Shown here: positions 30,098 to 39,409 of the stretch, in pieces
Position numbering within the stretch: the stretch's first letter is position 1
Layout of the letters: every line of letters begins with the position of its first letter
Source: Trueperaceae bacterium
GTDB lineage: Bacteria > Deinococcota > Deinococci > Deinococcales > Trueperaceae
DNA length: 64,000 bases
Assembly (NCBI GenBank): GCA_040905465.1
Contig: JBBDRK010000043.1
Location: 32,001-96,000 of the forward strand
Reading direction: 5' to 3'
Position numbers and translations under genes: made by a program
The notes under the pieces: generated by a model
Seen by the model: the letters and a program-made list of their open reading frames with translations, nothing else
What the model was told of the DNA's origin: nothing
The model's database searches: none

Positions 30098-31537
30098 TCA
30101 TCGCCACTCGCGACTCCAATCCGCGGTTGTCCGGTTGCTCTCTATGAGCCACTCGCGAAGTACCGAAAGGAGTTCCTGTTTGATGTGACCGCTCGCAGGG
30201 TCGTCCCACAGGTTGCGTGTCTCCTCCGGGTCATCGGTCAGGTCGAACAGTTGGCCGAACGCCTCTTGGTGGAAGTGCACCAACTTCCATTCGACAGACC
30301 TGACCATAGTCATGAAGGAGGTCTCGTTCAGGATGAAGTCTCGCCCCTGCTCGGCGAACACGTAGTCGCGTCCTTCGCTGCTGATGCCGGTAAGAACCGG
30401 CATCAGCGAACGCGCTTCCATGTGAGACGGAGGATCTATTCCGGCCAGCTGAAGGATCGTTGGGCCGAGGTCCATCCACTGGAATAGCTGGTCGAACACC
30501 TCACCGGCCGGAATCCTGCCCGGACTCCAAACGATCGCTGGAACCCGAGTGACGATGTCGTACATTGTCCACTTCTGGCTGTGGCCGTGGTCCCCGAGAC
30601 AGTCGCCGTGGTCTGAGGTGAAGATCACGACAGCATCGTCCAGATAGCCTCTCTCTTCGAGCTTGGCGAAGATCGCGCCGACCTTCTCGTCGATCAAGGT
30701 CACGTTTGCCAGGTAGTGGGCGCGGACCCGTCTGAGCTTCTCCGGAGACGCATCCAGGTCGAATACGACGGCGTCATGGTCGACTTCTGCATGATTGCGC
30801 CGTAGCGCATGCAACGGCGGCGGTTGCAGGTCTAACTCCGGGGCCGTCACACCTTGGATCGGCAGCTCCTTCTCGAGGTAGGGATCGACGTATCGCTGCG
30901 GCGGGTCATAGGGAGGATGGGGCCCAGGGAAGCCGATCTCCATAAACAGCGGTTCCTGCTTCGGTTGCTTATCGAGCCACCAGCATGCGAGGTCGCCGAC
31001 AAAGGTGTCGGGATGCAGGTCCTCGGGAAGCTCCCAGGGGATAGCTCCCATCTCCTCGTCGTAGTCGGGGCGGTTGCGATAGCTGACACGCCCCGGCTTA
31101 TCTAGGCCTCGGGCGTGGAGCGCCTTGTCCCACTCGTCGAGATACAGTTCCGCTCCGAAATGACGATCCTTGTTCTCGACGACATAGCGCTCGTGGAAGC
31201 CCAGCGGAGTTTCGGGAGGGAAGGTGTGCATCTTGCCGATATTCACACAGCGGTAGCCGGCATCCGCGAGGAGTTCGACCCAGGAGTGTTTCCACTGGTC
31301 CTCGTTCTTGAAGACACCGGTAGTATGCGGATAGTGGCCGGAAAAGAGGCTGGCACGAGAAGGAGCGCAGCTCGGCGCGGTTATGTGGCAGTTGGCCAGC
31401 ACTGCTCCCTCGTTCGCCAGACGATCGAGGTGCGGGGTGTCGACGAAGGGGAACCCCAGTGCAGCGATGGTGTCATACCGCTGCTGGTCCGTGATGATTA
31501 GGATGATGTTGGGGGGGCCGGCTGTCATACTCGACAC
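30098..31537 (-). CDS. Sulfatase (Cys-type)
   Basis: PNIILIITDQQR, CAPSRAS, GKMH, FTSDHG, LFDLTDDPEE. Confidence 0.92.
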   Translation of the reverse strand: MSSMTAGPPNIILIITDQQRYDTIAALGFPFVDTPHLDRLANEGAVLANCHITAPSCAPSRASLFSGHYPHTTGVFKNEDQWKHSWVELLADAGYRCVNIGKMHTFPPETPLGFHERYVVENKDRHFGAELYLDEWDKALHARGLDKPGRVSYRNRPDYDEEMGAIPWELPEDLHPDTFVGDLACWWLDKQPKQEPLFMEIGFPGPHPPYDPPQRYVDPYLEKELPIQGVTAPELDLQPPPLHALRRNHAEVDHDAVVFDLDASPEKLRRVRAHYLANVTLIDEKVGAIFAKLEERGYLDDAVVIFTSDHGDCLGDHGHSQKWTMYDIVTRVPAIVWSPGRIPAGEVFDQLFQWMDLGPTILQLAGIDPPSHMEARSLMPVLTGISSEGRDYVFAEQGRDFILNETSFMTMVRSVEWKLVHFHQEAFGQLFDLTDDPEETRNLWDDPASGHIKQELLSVLREWLIESNRTTADWSREWR

Positions 31538-31580
31538 CTTTCGACACTCACAAGTTCGGCCGCCTGCAAGCCGGCGACAG

Positions 31581-32621
31581 CTAGCCTTCGGAAGTAATCG
31601 CGACCTTCAGGCCGATCTGATTGCCTGCAGCTTCGAATGCCTCGACAGTCTTCGCGAGTGGAAAGGTGTGCGTTATCACCTGACGGCCGTCCACCTTACC
31701 CTCTGCCAGCATCTTCAGGGCACGGCGCGAATGTTCGACACCGGCGTTGGAGGTTCCGAATACGAAGATCTGGCGATAGTGGATCTTGTTGGTGTCGAGT
31801 GCGACCTCTTTGGTGCCGAAAGGGAGACCGGCAAAGAATGAGACCGTGCCACCGGCTCGTACCAGATCGAGAGACTGTTGCTGGGCCACTGGAACCGGGG
31901 CAGCGACGATCACCACGTCTGCTCCCAGGCCGTCGGTAGCAGCAAGCACCTCGGCCACGACATCCTGTCTCGACGCATTGATGAGTGTGGCCGAGAGATC
32001 TTGTGGAACCATACCGAGTCGCTCGTCCGAGACATCGACCACCAACAGCGGCTGTACTCTCCGAGCGCTGCACACTTGTGCATGCATGATGCCGATCGGG
32101 CCCGCCCCGATCACCACTACGGAATCGCCTGGCTTCAGGTCCAGGTGACCGTGGGTGTTGAGGATGCATGCAAGGGGCTCTGTAAGCGCAGCCTCCTCCA
32201 GGCTGAGGTGCGGAGGCACATGATGCAGGTTGCCGTTTGAAACCATCGACTCCGGAATGCGAACTGATTCGGCGAAGCCGCCCTTTCCGCCGAGGCCCTG
32301 GTAGTTCGTGCAGAGCCATTCCTGGTCTGTGTTGCAGTAGTGACACTCGCCGCAGCCTCTACCGGAGGGAGACAGGGCAACCCGGTCCCCTACCTCGAAC
32401 CCCTCTACCTCGGCGCCTACCTCACTTACGATACCGGCGACTTCGTGGCCCAATACCGCGGGAAGCTTGATCTTCCGGTGACCATACTTGAAGACCTTCA
32501 GGTCCGTCCCGCAGATGGTGCAGACTTTGACTTGTACTATCACGTCGCCGGGTCCGCACACGGGCTCCGGCAGATCCTGCATCTCCAGTTGACCTACACT
32601 CGATAGCATTGCCGCTTTCAT
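31581..32621 (-). CDS. Zinc-dependent polyol dehydrogenase
   Basis: ICGTD, GHE, CGECHYC...C, GAGPIG. Confidence 0.92.
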   Translation of the reverse strand: MKAAMLSSVGQLEMQDLPEPVCGPGDVIVQVKVCTICGTDLKVFKYGHRKIKLPAVLGHEVAGIVSEVGAEVEGFEVGDRVALSPSGRGCGECHYCNTDQEWLCTNYQGLGGKGGFAESVRIPESMVSNGNLHHVPPHLSLEEAALTEPLACILNTHGHLDLKPGDSVVVIGAGPIGIMHAQVCSARRVQPLLVVDVSDERLGMVPQDLSATLINASRQDVVAEVLAATDGLGADVVIVAAPVPVAQQQSLDLVRAGGTVSFFAGLPFGTKEVALDTNKIHYRQIFVFGTSNAGVEHSRRALKMLAEGKVDGRQVITHTFPLAKTVEAFEAAGNQIGLKVAITSEG

Positions 32622-32729
32622 CTCAGGTCTCGCTTCCAGGTGAATTGGAACCCGCGTGGCGGGTTGGGCGTCGAGTACTGCATCTGCCGCTCCTCGCCGC
32701 CCTGCCCCGCAGGCCCGGCGGCCAGAAAC

Positions 32730-33542
32730 TCAAGCGCGCCTGCTGAGCTCCGGGTGGAATATCTCGTTGAGCCTCTTCCAGACGGTCTTGGGGTCGCTGT
32801 GTTGCCAGACGTTGCGGCCGACGATCAGTCCCTTTACGCCTTCGCCGGCGATCTTCTCGACCCAGTGATAGAGATCCTCGATCGTGTCGGTCTTGGCGCC
32901 GCCCATCACGGTGACGGGAACCGGGAGGGCCTTGCAGAGGTCTTCGAAGACGCCTTCTGCATACGGCGTCTTGATGGCATCTGCCCCCAGCTCAACTGCG
33001 ACCCGACAGATGTTGGGGATGTGCTGAGGGTCGTTCTTCTGATCATCGGGAATGCCGTCTCCCCAAAGTGTCGGTTCGAAGATCACTGGTATACCCAGAA
33101 TCTCGGATTCGCGGACTACCTCGCTCACGAGACGTACGTTGTCCGCATGGACTTCTATGTCCCGACGCCCAAACGCCAGCACTACCTTGACGGCGTCCGC
33201 ACCCATTGCAGCGGCCTCGTTGACCGTCGACAACAGGCGATAAGCCTGGCGACCGCTCGACTCTCCGGGAATCGTCCCGGTGATGTGGATGTCTAGCGCC
33301 AGCACTACTCCCGGACTGGGATAGCGGGTCCATAAATCTGTATAGCGCCGGAAAATGCCTGGGTTCAGCAGGACGGCATCAGTGCCGGAGGCCAACGCCC
33401 ATTCGAGCGTCTCTCCTGCGTCCTGTAGCCCTTTCATCATGCCGTGCGTCTTTCCGTGATCGATGGTGAACACAACCGAACGGCCATCTCCCCTGAACAC
33501 GCGAGACAACCTCAGGGCCTTCGCTGTCGAATGTGTATGCAT
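32730..33542 (-). CDS. Class I aldolase, DhnA/LsrF family
   Basis: IDHG, GADAVK, ELGADAIKT, MGG, GRNVWQ. Confidence 0.88.
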   Translation of the reverse strand: MHTHSTAKALRLSRVFRGDGRSVVFTIDHGKTHGMMKGLQDAGETLEWALASGTDAVLLNPGIFRRYTDLWTRYPSPGVVLALDIHITGTIPGESSGRQAYRLLSTVNEAAAMGADAVKVVLAFGRRDIEVHADNVRLVSEVVRESEILGIPVIFEPTLWGDGIPDDQKNDPQHIPNICRVAVELGADAIKTPYAEGVFEDLCKALPVPVTVMGGAKTDTIEDLYHWVEKIAGEGVKGLIVGRNVWQHSDPKTVWKRLNEIFHPELSRRA

Positions 33543-33588
33543 AGCTGGCTTCTCCTCCCAGATGGGTATTCAACGCGCCGTGCTAGAT

Positions 33589-33608
33589 GGAACGATCAGG
33601 AACGATCA
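33589..33608. promoter_or_regulatory. 10-bp direct repeat, candidate DeoR-family operator
   Basis: GGAACGATCA x2 just downstream of the aldolase-operon promoter. Confidence 0.5.
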
Positions 33609-33628
33609 ACTGTTGTGCAGTGTGTGTC

Positions 33629-33657
33629 ATTATAGTGCAGCCCGCAGTGCGTGTCAA
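33629..33657 (-). promoter_or_regulatory. Consensus sigma70 promoter for the aldolase-to-SDR operon
   Basis: Minus strand TTGACA (33657-33652), 17 nt, TATAAT (33634-33629). Confidence 0.85.
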
Positions 33658-33702
33658 CGCGATGGCGATGGTCGCTGCGAGCGTCCCGAAACCGAGCATG
33701 CC

Positions 33703-34479
33703 TCAATGTGAGCGCGGAGCGAGCGTAAGTGCGATGCCCGCGTCGAGATAGTCCTCCGCCTGTGCCGGATCTAGGCCATCATCGGTGATCATGCCGTCGA
33801 ACTCCGCCAAATCGGCGACCTTTATCAGGTGCACCCGACCGAACTTGCTGTGATCTGCTATCAGGGTTACCCGGTTGCTGCAGGCCATGACAAGACGCTT
33901 GATCGGGGCCTGGTGGATTCGGGAGCTCGTCATGCCCGCAACCAGGTCGATACCGTCCGCCCCGACGAACGCGTGGTGAGCGTGCAGCGTCTTCAGCGTG
34001 TTCTCTGCGATCATGCCGCCGACGTTGTAGTTGTCACGAATAACCGTGCCACCGACGGAAACCACGTTGAAGTTGGGGACGTCGGAAAGCTCGAGCGCGA
34101 TCTTGAGGTCGGTCGTGATGACCGTCAGGTCCCGCCGCGACTTCAACTCGCGTGCAAGTAGCAGTGCCGAGGAGCCGGAGTCCAGAATGATGACTTCACC
34201 GTTCGTAACACGCTGACTAGCCACCCGAGCAATGGCGAGCTTCTCTTCGAAATGCTCGCGTGCCTTGCTTTCCGCCAGCGGAAAGAAGGCGGAACTCTGG
34301 TAGGGGAGGACCGCGCCGCCACGAATCCGCTTGAGGTGACCTTGCTGTTCGAGGAGGTGTAGGTCACGCCTCACCGTTGCATGCGACGCATCGAGCGCTT
34401 CCGCCAGCGTGGCCACGTCGGCGCCGCCGTCGTGCGTGAGGATGTCTAGAAGTCGTTTTCGACGCCTATCCGGCAGCAT
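33703..34479 (-). CDS. DeoR/GlpR family regulator (copy 1)
   Basis: SHATVRRDL, RGGA, ILDSGSS, ADHSKFG. Confidence 0.93.
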   Translation of the reverse strand: MLPDRRRKRLLDILTHDGGADVATLAEALDASHATVRRDLHLLEQQGHLKRIRGGAVLPYQSSAFFPLAESKAREHFEEKLAIARVASQRVTNGEVIILDSGSSALLLARELKSRRDLTVITTDLKIALELSDVPNFNVVSVGGTVIRDNYNVGGMIAENTLKTLHAHHAFVGADGIDLVAGMTSSRIHQAPIKRLVMACSNRVTLIADHSKFGRVHLIKVADLAEFDGMITDDGLDPAQAEDYLDAGIALTLAPRSH

Positions 34480-34619
34480 ATTTACTCCGGTTTACAGTAT
34501 GGCACGGCCATGGTAGCTTTTGCTCGGAGTCGCACATCTTCGCGCAGTTGCTCATAGGTCATCATGGTCTTCGTGTCGTCGATTCGGGTACCGCAAAGCT
34601 GTTCGGAAGGAGAGAAGGG

Positions 34620-36185
34620 ATGCCGGAAAGAGCACATCTGATAGGCGTCGACGTCGGCACCTACAGTGCCAAAGGGGTGCTGGTGCACTCCGACGGTACC
34701 ATCAAGGCCACGGCTACCTCAGAGTATGCATTGAGCATTCCCCGGCCCGGGTGGGCGGAGCACGACGCCGAGACGATCTGGTGGGGGAGTTTCGTCAGGA
34801 TCGTGCGCACACTGCTCGAACAGAGCGGAGTGGCTGCGAGCGAGGTAGCTGCAGTTGGATGCAGTGCAATCGGGCTCACCATGCTGCCGGTGGACGCGGA
34901 CGGGAATCCGCTCCGTCCCTCGATACTCTACGGCATCGATACTCGAGCGTCGCGCGAGATCGAGTATCTGACCAAAGAACTGGGCAATGATGCCATTGTC
35001 GCCAATTCCGGCAGCCCGCTCTCGGCCAACTCGGTCGGTCCGAAGATATTGTGGTTCCGCAACCACGAGCCCGAGCTGTTTGCCCGCACGCACAAGGTGC
35101 TCACCGCCTCCTCCTACCTCGGTTTGAAGCTCACGGGCGAGTTCGTGATAGACGAGTACTCGGCGCAGGGCTTCGCACCGATGTTCGACGTCACGCAGCG
35201 GGCATGGAACCCGGCCATGACCGAGCCGATCTGCTCGCTGGAACTCCTGCCGGGCCTGCACCCGACTACTGACGTGATCGGGACGGTCACGGCTGCCGCG
35301 GCCGGTGAGACGGGACTGGTTGCCGGGACCCCGGTAATCGCAGGCACGGTCGACGCGGCGGCCGAAGCGATCAGCATCGGAGCGACCGCTCCCGGCGAAA
35401 CGATGCTGATGCTGGGTACGACTGCGTTCATTACCCAGGTGCTCGGCGAAAGGAGGCGCCACGGCTCGCTGTGGTCGTCGCGCTATCTGGTCGAGGGCAC
35501 CTATGCGCTGAGTGCCGGCATGGCCACGTCGGCCGCCCTCACCCGCTGGTTCAAGGACAATTTCGCCGGAGCGGAGCAGCTCATCGAGGAACGCGACGGC
35601 ACCAGTGCATATCAGCAGTTGGCCGAGCAGGCCTCCGAGGTCCCGGTGGGGAGCGAAGGTCTGATAGTACTGCCCTACTTCAGCGGCGAGCGTGCTCCGA
35701 TTCACGATGCGAGGGCCCGGGGAACGATCACGGGCTTGACCCTGTCGCACACGAGAAAACATGTCTACCGAGCACTCCTCGAGGGCGTGGCCTACGCGAT
35801 ACGGCACAATCTCGAAGTGATGGCCGAGGCCGACGCCATTCCCGCCAGGCTTATCGCCGTAGGGGGCGGCGCAAAGAACCAAGTATGGCTTCACATCATC
35901 GCCGACTGTTGTAATCAGCGGGTCGACGTGCCCGCGCAGACGATCGGGGCGTCGTTCGGCGACGCTTACCTGGCCGGGATCGGTGCGGGCATCTTCCGAG
36001 GCTTCGGCGAGCTTAGACGCAACTGGATCACCCTAGGTCGTACCATCGAGCCGGACGAACGGAATCATAGCCTCTACGGCCCCTACTACGAGATTTACCG
36101 GCGATGTTATTCGGCACTGAAGGCTGAAATGCACGACCTCGCCGATCTCCAGGCGGGAGAGGGAGCGGTTAGCCCGCCTGCCTGA
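34620..36185 (+). CDS. FGGY carbohydrate kinase
   Basis: GVDVGTYSAKG, ILYGIDTR, LPYFSGERAP, GGGAKN. Confidence 0.92.
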   Translation: MPERAHLIGVDVGTYSAKGVLVHSDGTIKATATSEYALSIPRPGWAEHDAETIWWGSFVRIVRTLLEQSGVAASEVAAVGCSAIGLTMLPVDADGNPLRPSILYGIDTRASREIEYLTKELGNDAIVANSGSPLSANSVGPKILWFRNHEPELFARTHKVLTASSYLGLKLTGEFVIDEYSAQGFAPMFDVTQRAWNPAMTEPICSLELLPGLHPTTDVIGTVTAAAAGETGLVAGTPVIAGTVDAAAEAISIGATAPGETMLMLGTTAFITQVLGERRRHGSLWSSRYLVEGTYALSAGMATSAALTRWFKDNFAGAEQLIEERDGTSAYQQLAEQASEVPVGSEGLIVLPYFSGERAPIHDARARGTITGLTLSHTRKHVYRALLEGVAYAIRHNLEVMAEADAIPARLIAVGGGAKNQVWLHIIADCCNQRVDVPAQTIGASFGDAYLAGIGAGIFRGFGELRRNWITLGRTIEPDERNHSLYGPYYEIYRRCYSALKAEMHDLADLQAGEGAVSPPA

Positions 36186-36451
36186 ATCGTGCTGAGATCG
36201 TAATTGATCGAAGAAGTGCATCTCGGTGCAACGTGCACGAAACGTCAGACCCCCTCGGAAGCATCGCGGCGAATAACCCTCGAGGCGGGCACCAGACGCG
36301 GAGGCGCTCCGGACTGCCCGCCCGCCCAGGCGTTTTTCGTCAGCCACGCGTGAACCGCACATGACACGGGCAACGCGAGGCCGCTCTTACAGGGTGGCGC
36401 GGCGCCCTTTCGTGCCTGGAAACGGCTGACCACCGTGCCGACGCGACTCGC

Positions 36452-36482
36452 TTGACATCGATCAGGAGTAAGCGTATATAAT
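36452..36482 (+). promoter_or_regulatory. Sigma70 promoter for the second ABC operon
   Basis: TTGACA at 36452-36457, TATATAAT at 36475-36482. Confidence 0.7.
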
Positions 36483-36655
36483 AACGATTACAGCGCGAAG
36501 TGAACCTGAGTGATCATCGAGGACCCGAAAGGGGGTACCGGCTGGTCAAGACATCCACAGCAGGCCATCGGTGTGTCCACATTCGAGGTAGTAGCTCGTG
36601 CCCTTTGGGAAACCAGGCAGTTTACGACCGAATCGCAAGCCATAGGAGTCGAAAC

Positions 36656-38257
36656 ATGAGAATGTACGACAAGCCCCGCGCGCACGGAAGTAGAAGTACA
36701 GGCAAGACTTCCCTGTTGCTGATCTTGATGCTGCCACTCATCCTCCTGTCGAATGCTCAGGCCCAGGTCCCGGAAGAGGAAAGGTACGGCAACACGCTGC
36801 GAGTGGCGATCGCCGAGCCGGTACCGTCCCTCGACATTCATAAGGCGATCGCCGCCGGCATTCAGAGCGTCACCTCGAACGTAGTCGAAACCCTGATCCT
36901 CAAGGACTTCGGTGGTGCCGACGTTCCCGGTCTGGCACGCGACTGGGAAATCAGCGACGACCAGCTCACCTACACTCTTTACCTGAGAGAAGGCGTCAAG
37001 TTCCACGACGGAAGCGACATGACGGCGGAGGACGTCAAGGCCTCGCTCGATCGATGGTTCGCCGTTACCCCGGTGCAATGGGAGGTCGCGAGCTTCGAAG
37101 AGGTAGAGATCGTCGACGACTACACGATCAGGGCGCACCTCAGCGAACCGTTTACCGGCACGCTCGATGCGCTGGGTCTCAACCCGGCCGCCATCCTGCC
37201 GAAAGAGATTGTCGATCGCGTTGGCGAGGGGGAACTCGACGGCAGTGATCTCATCGGGACCGGTATCTACAAACTGGCCGACTTCACTCCTGAGCGCACC
37301 TGGATGCTCGAGCGTTTCGAGGACTATCACGGGCAATTCACCGGAGAGTTGAGCTTCATGGCCGGTGAGAGAAAGGGTTACGCCGATACCATCGAGATAA
37401 CCAGGGTCGCGGAAGCCGGAACGAGGCTCGCGGGTTTGCTGGCCGGCGACTACGACATCGCGGACGACCTGTCGCCCGATGACCTCGACCTCGTCGAGAG
37501 CCGTCGTGGCGTCAACGCCGATGTGATCCCCGGCGCTCTCGGCTGGTACACCAAGTTCAACAGCCAGGAAGGACCGTTCGCCAATGAACTGCTCCGCCAG
37601 GCAGTGCGAGTCGGTATAAGACCCATGGAAATCATGGCCGGCTTCGGCGACGAGCGGCTCTGGGAGCTCAACCTGTTCCCGAGGTTCCATCCGGAGTCGC
37701 CGTACAACCTCAATGACCAGGTCCATGCCGAGTACTACTACCCGGAAGACATGGAGCTGGCGCGCGCGATGGTTGAGGCTTCCGGCTACAATGGCGAGCC
37801 CATCCGCGTGATCGGCAGTCGTGACCTGGCAGGTTGGTACGTGCAGGCGATCGGCATCCTGCCGATGCTTCAGGAGATGGGCCTCAATGCCGAGCTGATC
37901 ATCGTTGACCGTCCGCAGCAACTCGAGCTCACGCTCGACACCTCGCAGTGGGAGATCAAGACCAGCTACAGCACCCCGATCAGGCGGGCGGCAGTGCTCG
38001 GCTTCCACGGCCGGCACCGCGACGGCACCCAGTGGTCGTGGGCTGGTGACGAGCACCTGTACTACGAAGGCGTTCTGTGGCGCGACCTCGAACGCCGTGA
38101 CGAGGCGATCACCCGGATGGTGGAGATCGAGCTCGAGCGTGCCGGACAGCTGTGGCTGGGCCATACCGCTATGCTCCGCGGTTACGGAGATCACGTTCAG
38201 GACATGCCCTTCAGCCACTACCTCAACCTGTACAACACCTGGATCGAGGGGCGTTAG
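36656..38257 (+). CDS. Family 5 ABC substrate-binding protein
   Basis: AGGAG RBS, signal peptide ending AQA-Q, LREGVKFHDG, IGTGIYK. Confidence 0.9.
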   Translation: MRMYDKPRAHGSRSTGKTSLLLILMLPLILLSNAQAQVPEEERYGNTLRVAIAEPVPSLDIHKAIAAGIQSVTSNVVETLILKDFGGADVPGLARDWEISDDQLTYTLYLREGVKFHDGSDMTAEDVKASLDRWFAVTPVQWEVASFEEVEIVDDYTIRAHLSEPFTGTLDALGLNPAAILPKEIVDRVGEGELDGSDLIGTGIYKLADFTPERTWMLERFEDYHGQFTGELSFMAGERKGYADTIEITRVAEAGTRLAGLLAGDYDIADDLSPDDLDLVESRRGVNADVIPGALGWYTKFNSQEGPFANELLRQAVRVGIRPMEIMAGFGDERLWELNLFPRFHPESPYNLNDQVHAEYYYPEDMELARAMVEASGYNGEPIRVIGSRDLAGWYVQAIGILPMLQEMGLNAELIIVDRPQQLELTLDTSQWEIKTSYSTPIRRAAVLGFHGRHRDGTQWSWAGDEHLYYEGVLWRDLERRDEAITRMVEIELERAGQLWLGHTAMLRGYGDHVQDMPFSHYLNLYNTWIEGR

Positions 38258-38299
38258 CACTTCGAGGTCGTTGAGGGAAAGCAGAATATAGTCCGACCG

Positions 38300-38345
38300 T
38301 CTCCTTGTGTCGAAGTCCCACTCCGGGCGCATCGACACAAGGAGA
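38300..38345 (+). terminator. Stem-loop after substrate-binding gene
   Basis: TCTCCTTGTGTCGA-18 nt-TCGACACAAGGAGA perfect 14-bp inverted repeat. Confidence 0.65.
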
Positions 38346-38425
38346 ACACTGTGAAGTCTCATGCTCCGAACTTGGTATTTTGACGCAGGGCCAGTCACCG
38401 AGCTGGCAGATTGCAACGGGAGCCG

Positions 38426-39367
38426 ATGGTATTCATTCTCCGCAGGCTGATCCAACTGATTCCTACTCTGGCAGTGATAGCCGTCGTCGCTTTCTTCCTC
38501 ATCCGGGTCGCCGGGGGAGATCCCACCGCCCTCCTGTTGCCGCAGGATGCGTCCCAAGAGGACATCCAGCGCATGAGACGGTCCATGGGCCTGCACCAGC
38601 CGCTATTTCTCCAATTCTTTTACTGGATGCGCGACTTGCTCAGCGGCAACCTGGGAATCTCCTACTACACCCGCGACACGGTCGTCAGCACGATCATCGA
38701 TCGCGCCTATCCGACTCTATGGCTCGCTGTCAGCGCCCAAATGGTCGCAATAGTGATCGCGGTGCCGGCCGGAATCATCTCCGCCGTACGGCAAAACTCC
38801 TGGCTCGACCGGTTGTTCACCATCTTCGCGCTTGGCGGCGTAGCCATTCCCAATTTCTGGTTCGCCATGATGCTCGTCATGGTCGTGAGCATCAGTCTGG
38901 GGTGGCTGCCGTCGCAAGGCTTCACCGATCCGCTCCAGGATCCCTGGCAGGGATTTCGTCGACTGGTGCTGCCCTCGGTGGCGCTCGGCTATCTTCAGGC
39001 CGGGCTGATCACCAGGATGACGAGGTCCGCCATGCTCGACGTGCTGCGGCTGGACTACGTCAGGACGGCCCGAGCGAAGGGCCTGAGGGAGACTGCTATC
39101 GTCGGCCGTCACGCCCTCTCCAACGCCATGAACCCCATTCTCACGGTAATCGGGATCTCGATGGCGTCCCTGTTCACCGGGGCCGTGGTAACAGAACTGG
39201 TATTCAATTTCCCAGGGCTCGGACAGTTGATAGTCGAGGCGGTCGGACGACGCGACTTCCCGCTCATACAGGGCGTTCTGGTGATTCTCGCGGTCATCAC
39301 TTTGCTTATCAACTTCTTTATCGACATCTCCTACGGCCTTTTCGATCCGAGGATCAGATATGACTAG
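38426..39367 (+). CDS. Dpp/Opp ABC permease (B-type)
   Basis: DYVRTARAKGL, HALSNA, FPGLG, DPRIRY. Confidence 0.93.
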   Translation: MVFILRRLIQLIPTLAVIAVVAFFLIRVAGGDPTALLLPQDASQEDIQRMRRSMGLHQPLFLQFFYWMRDLLSGNLGISYYTRDTVVSTIIDRAYPTLWLAVSAQMVAIVIAVPAGIISAVRQNSWLDRLFTIFALGGVAIPNFWFAMMLVMVVSISLGWLPSQGFTDPLQDPWQGFRRLVLPSVALGYLQAGLITRMTRSAMLDVLRLDYVRTARAKGLRETAIVGRHALSNAMNPILTVIGISMASLFTGAVVTELVFNFPGLGQLIVEAVGRRDFPLIQGVLVILAVITLLINFFIDISYGLFDPRIRYD

Positions 39368-39409
39368 TGCAACAGCTCTGCCTTCCAAGCCAACCGGAAG
39401 GATCCTCCA

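Noticed and set aside
32730-36185. Aldolase + FGGY kinase as an AI-2 (lsr) system
   Set aside because: No LsrG, no SorC-type LsrR and no sugar-class ABC transporter; regulators are DeoR/GlpR type
36483-36655. Long leader as a known riboswitch
   Set aside because: No conserved aptamer motif recognised by eye; an Rfam search is needed to exclude it fully
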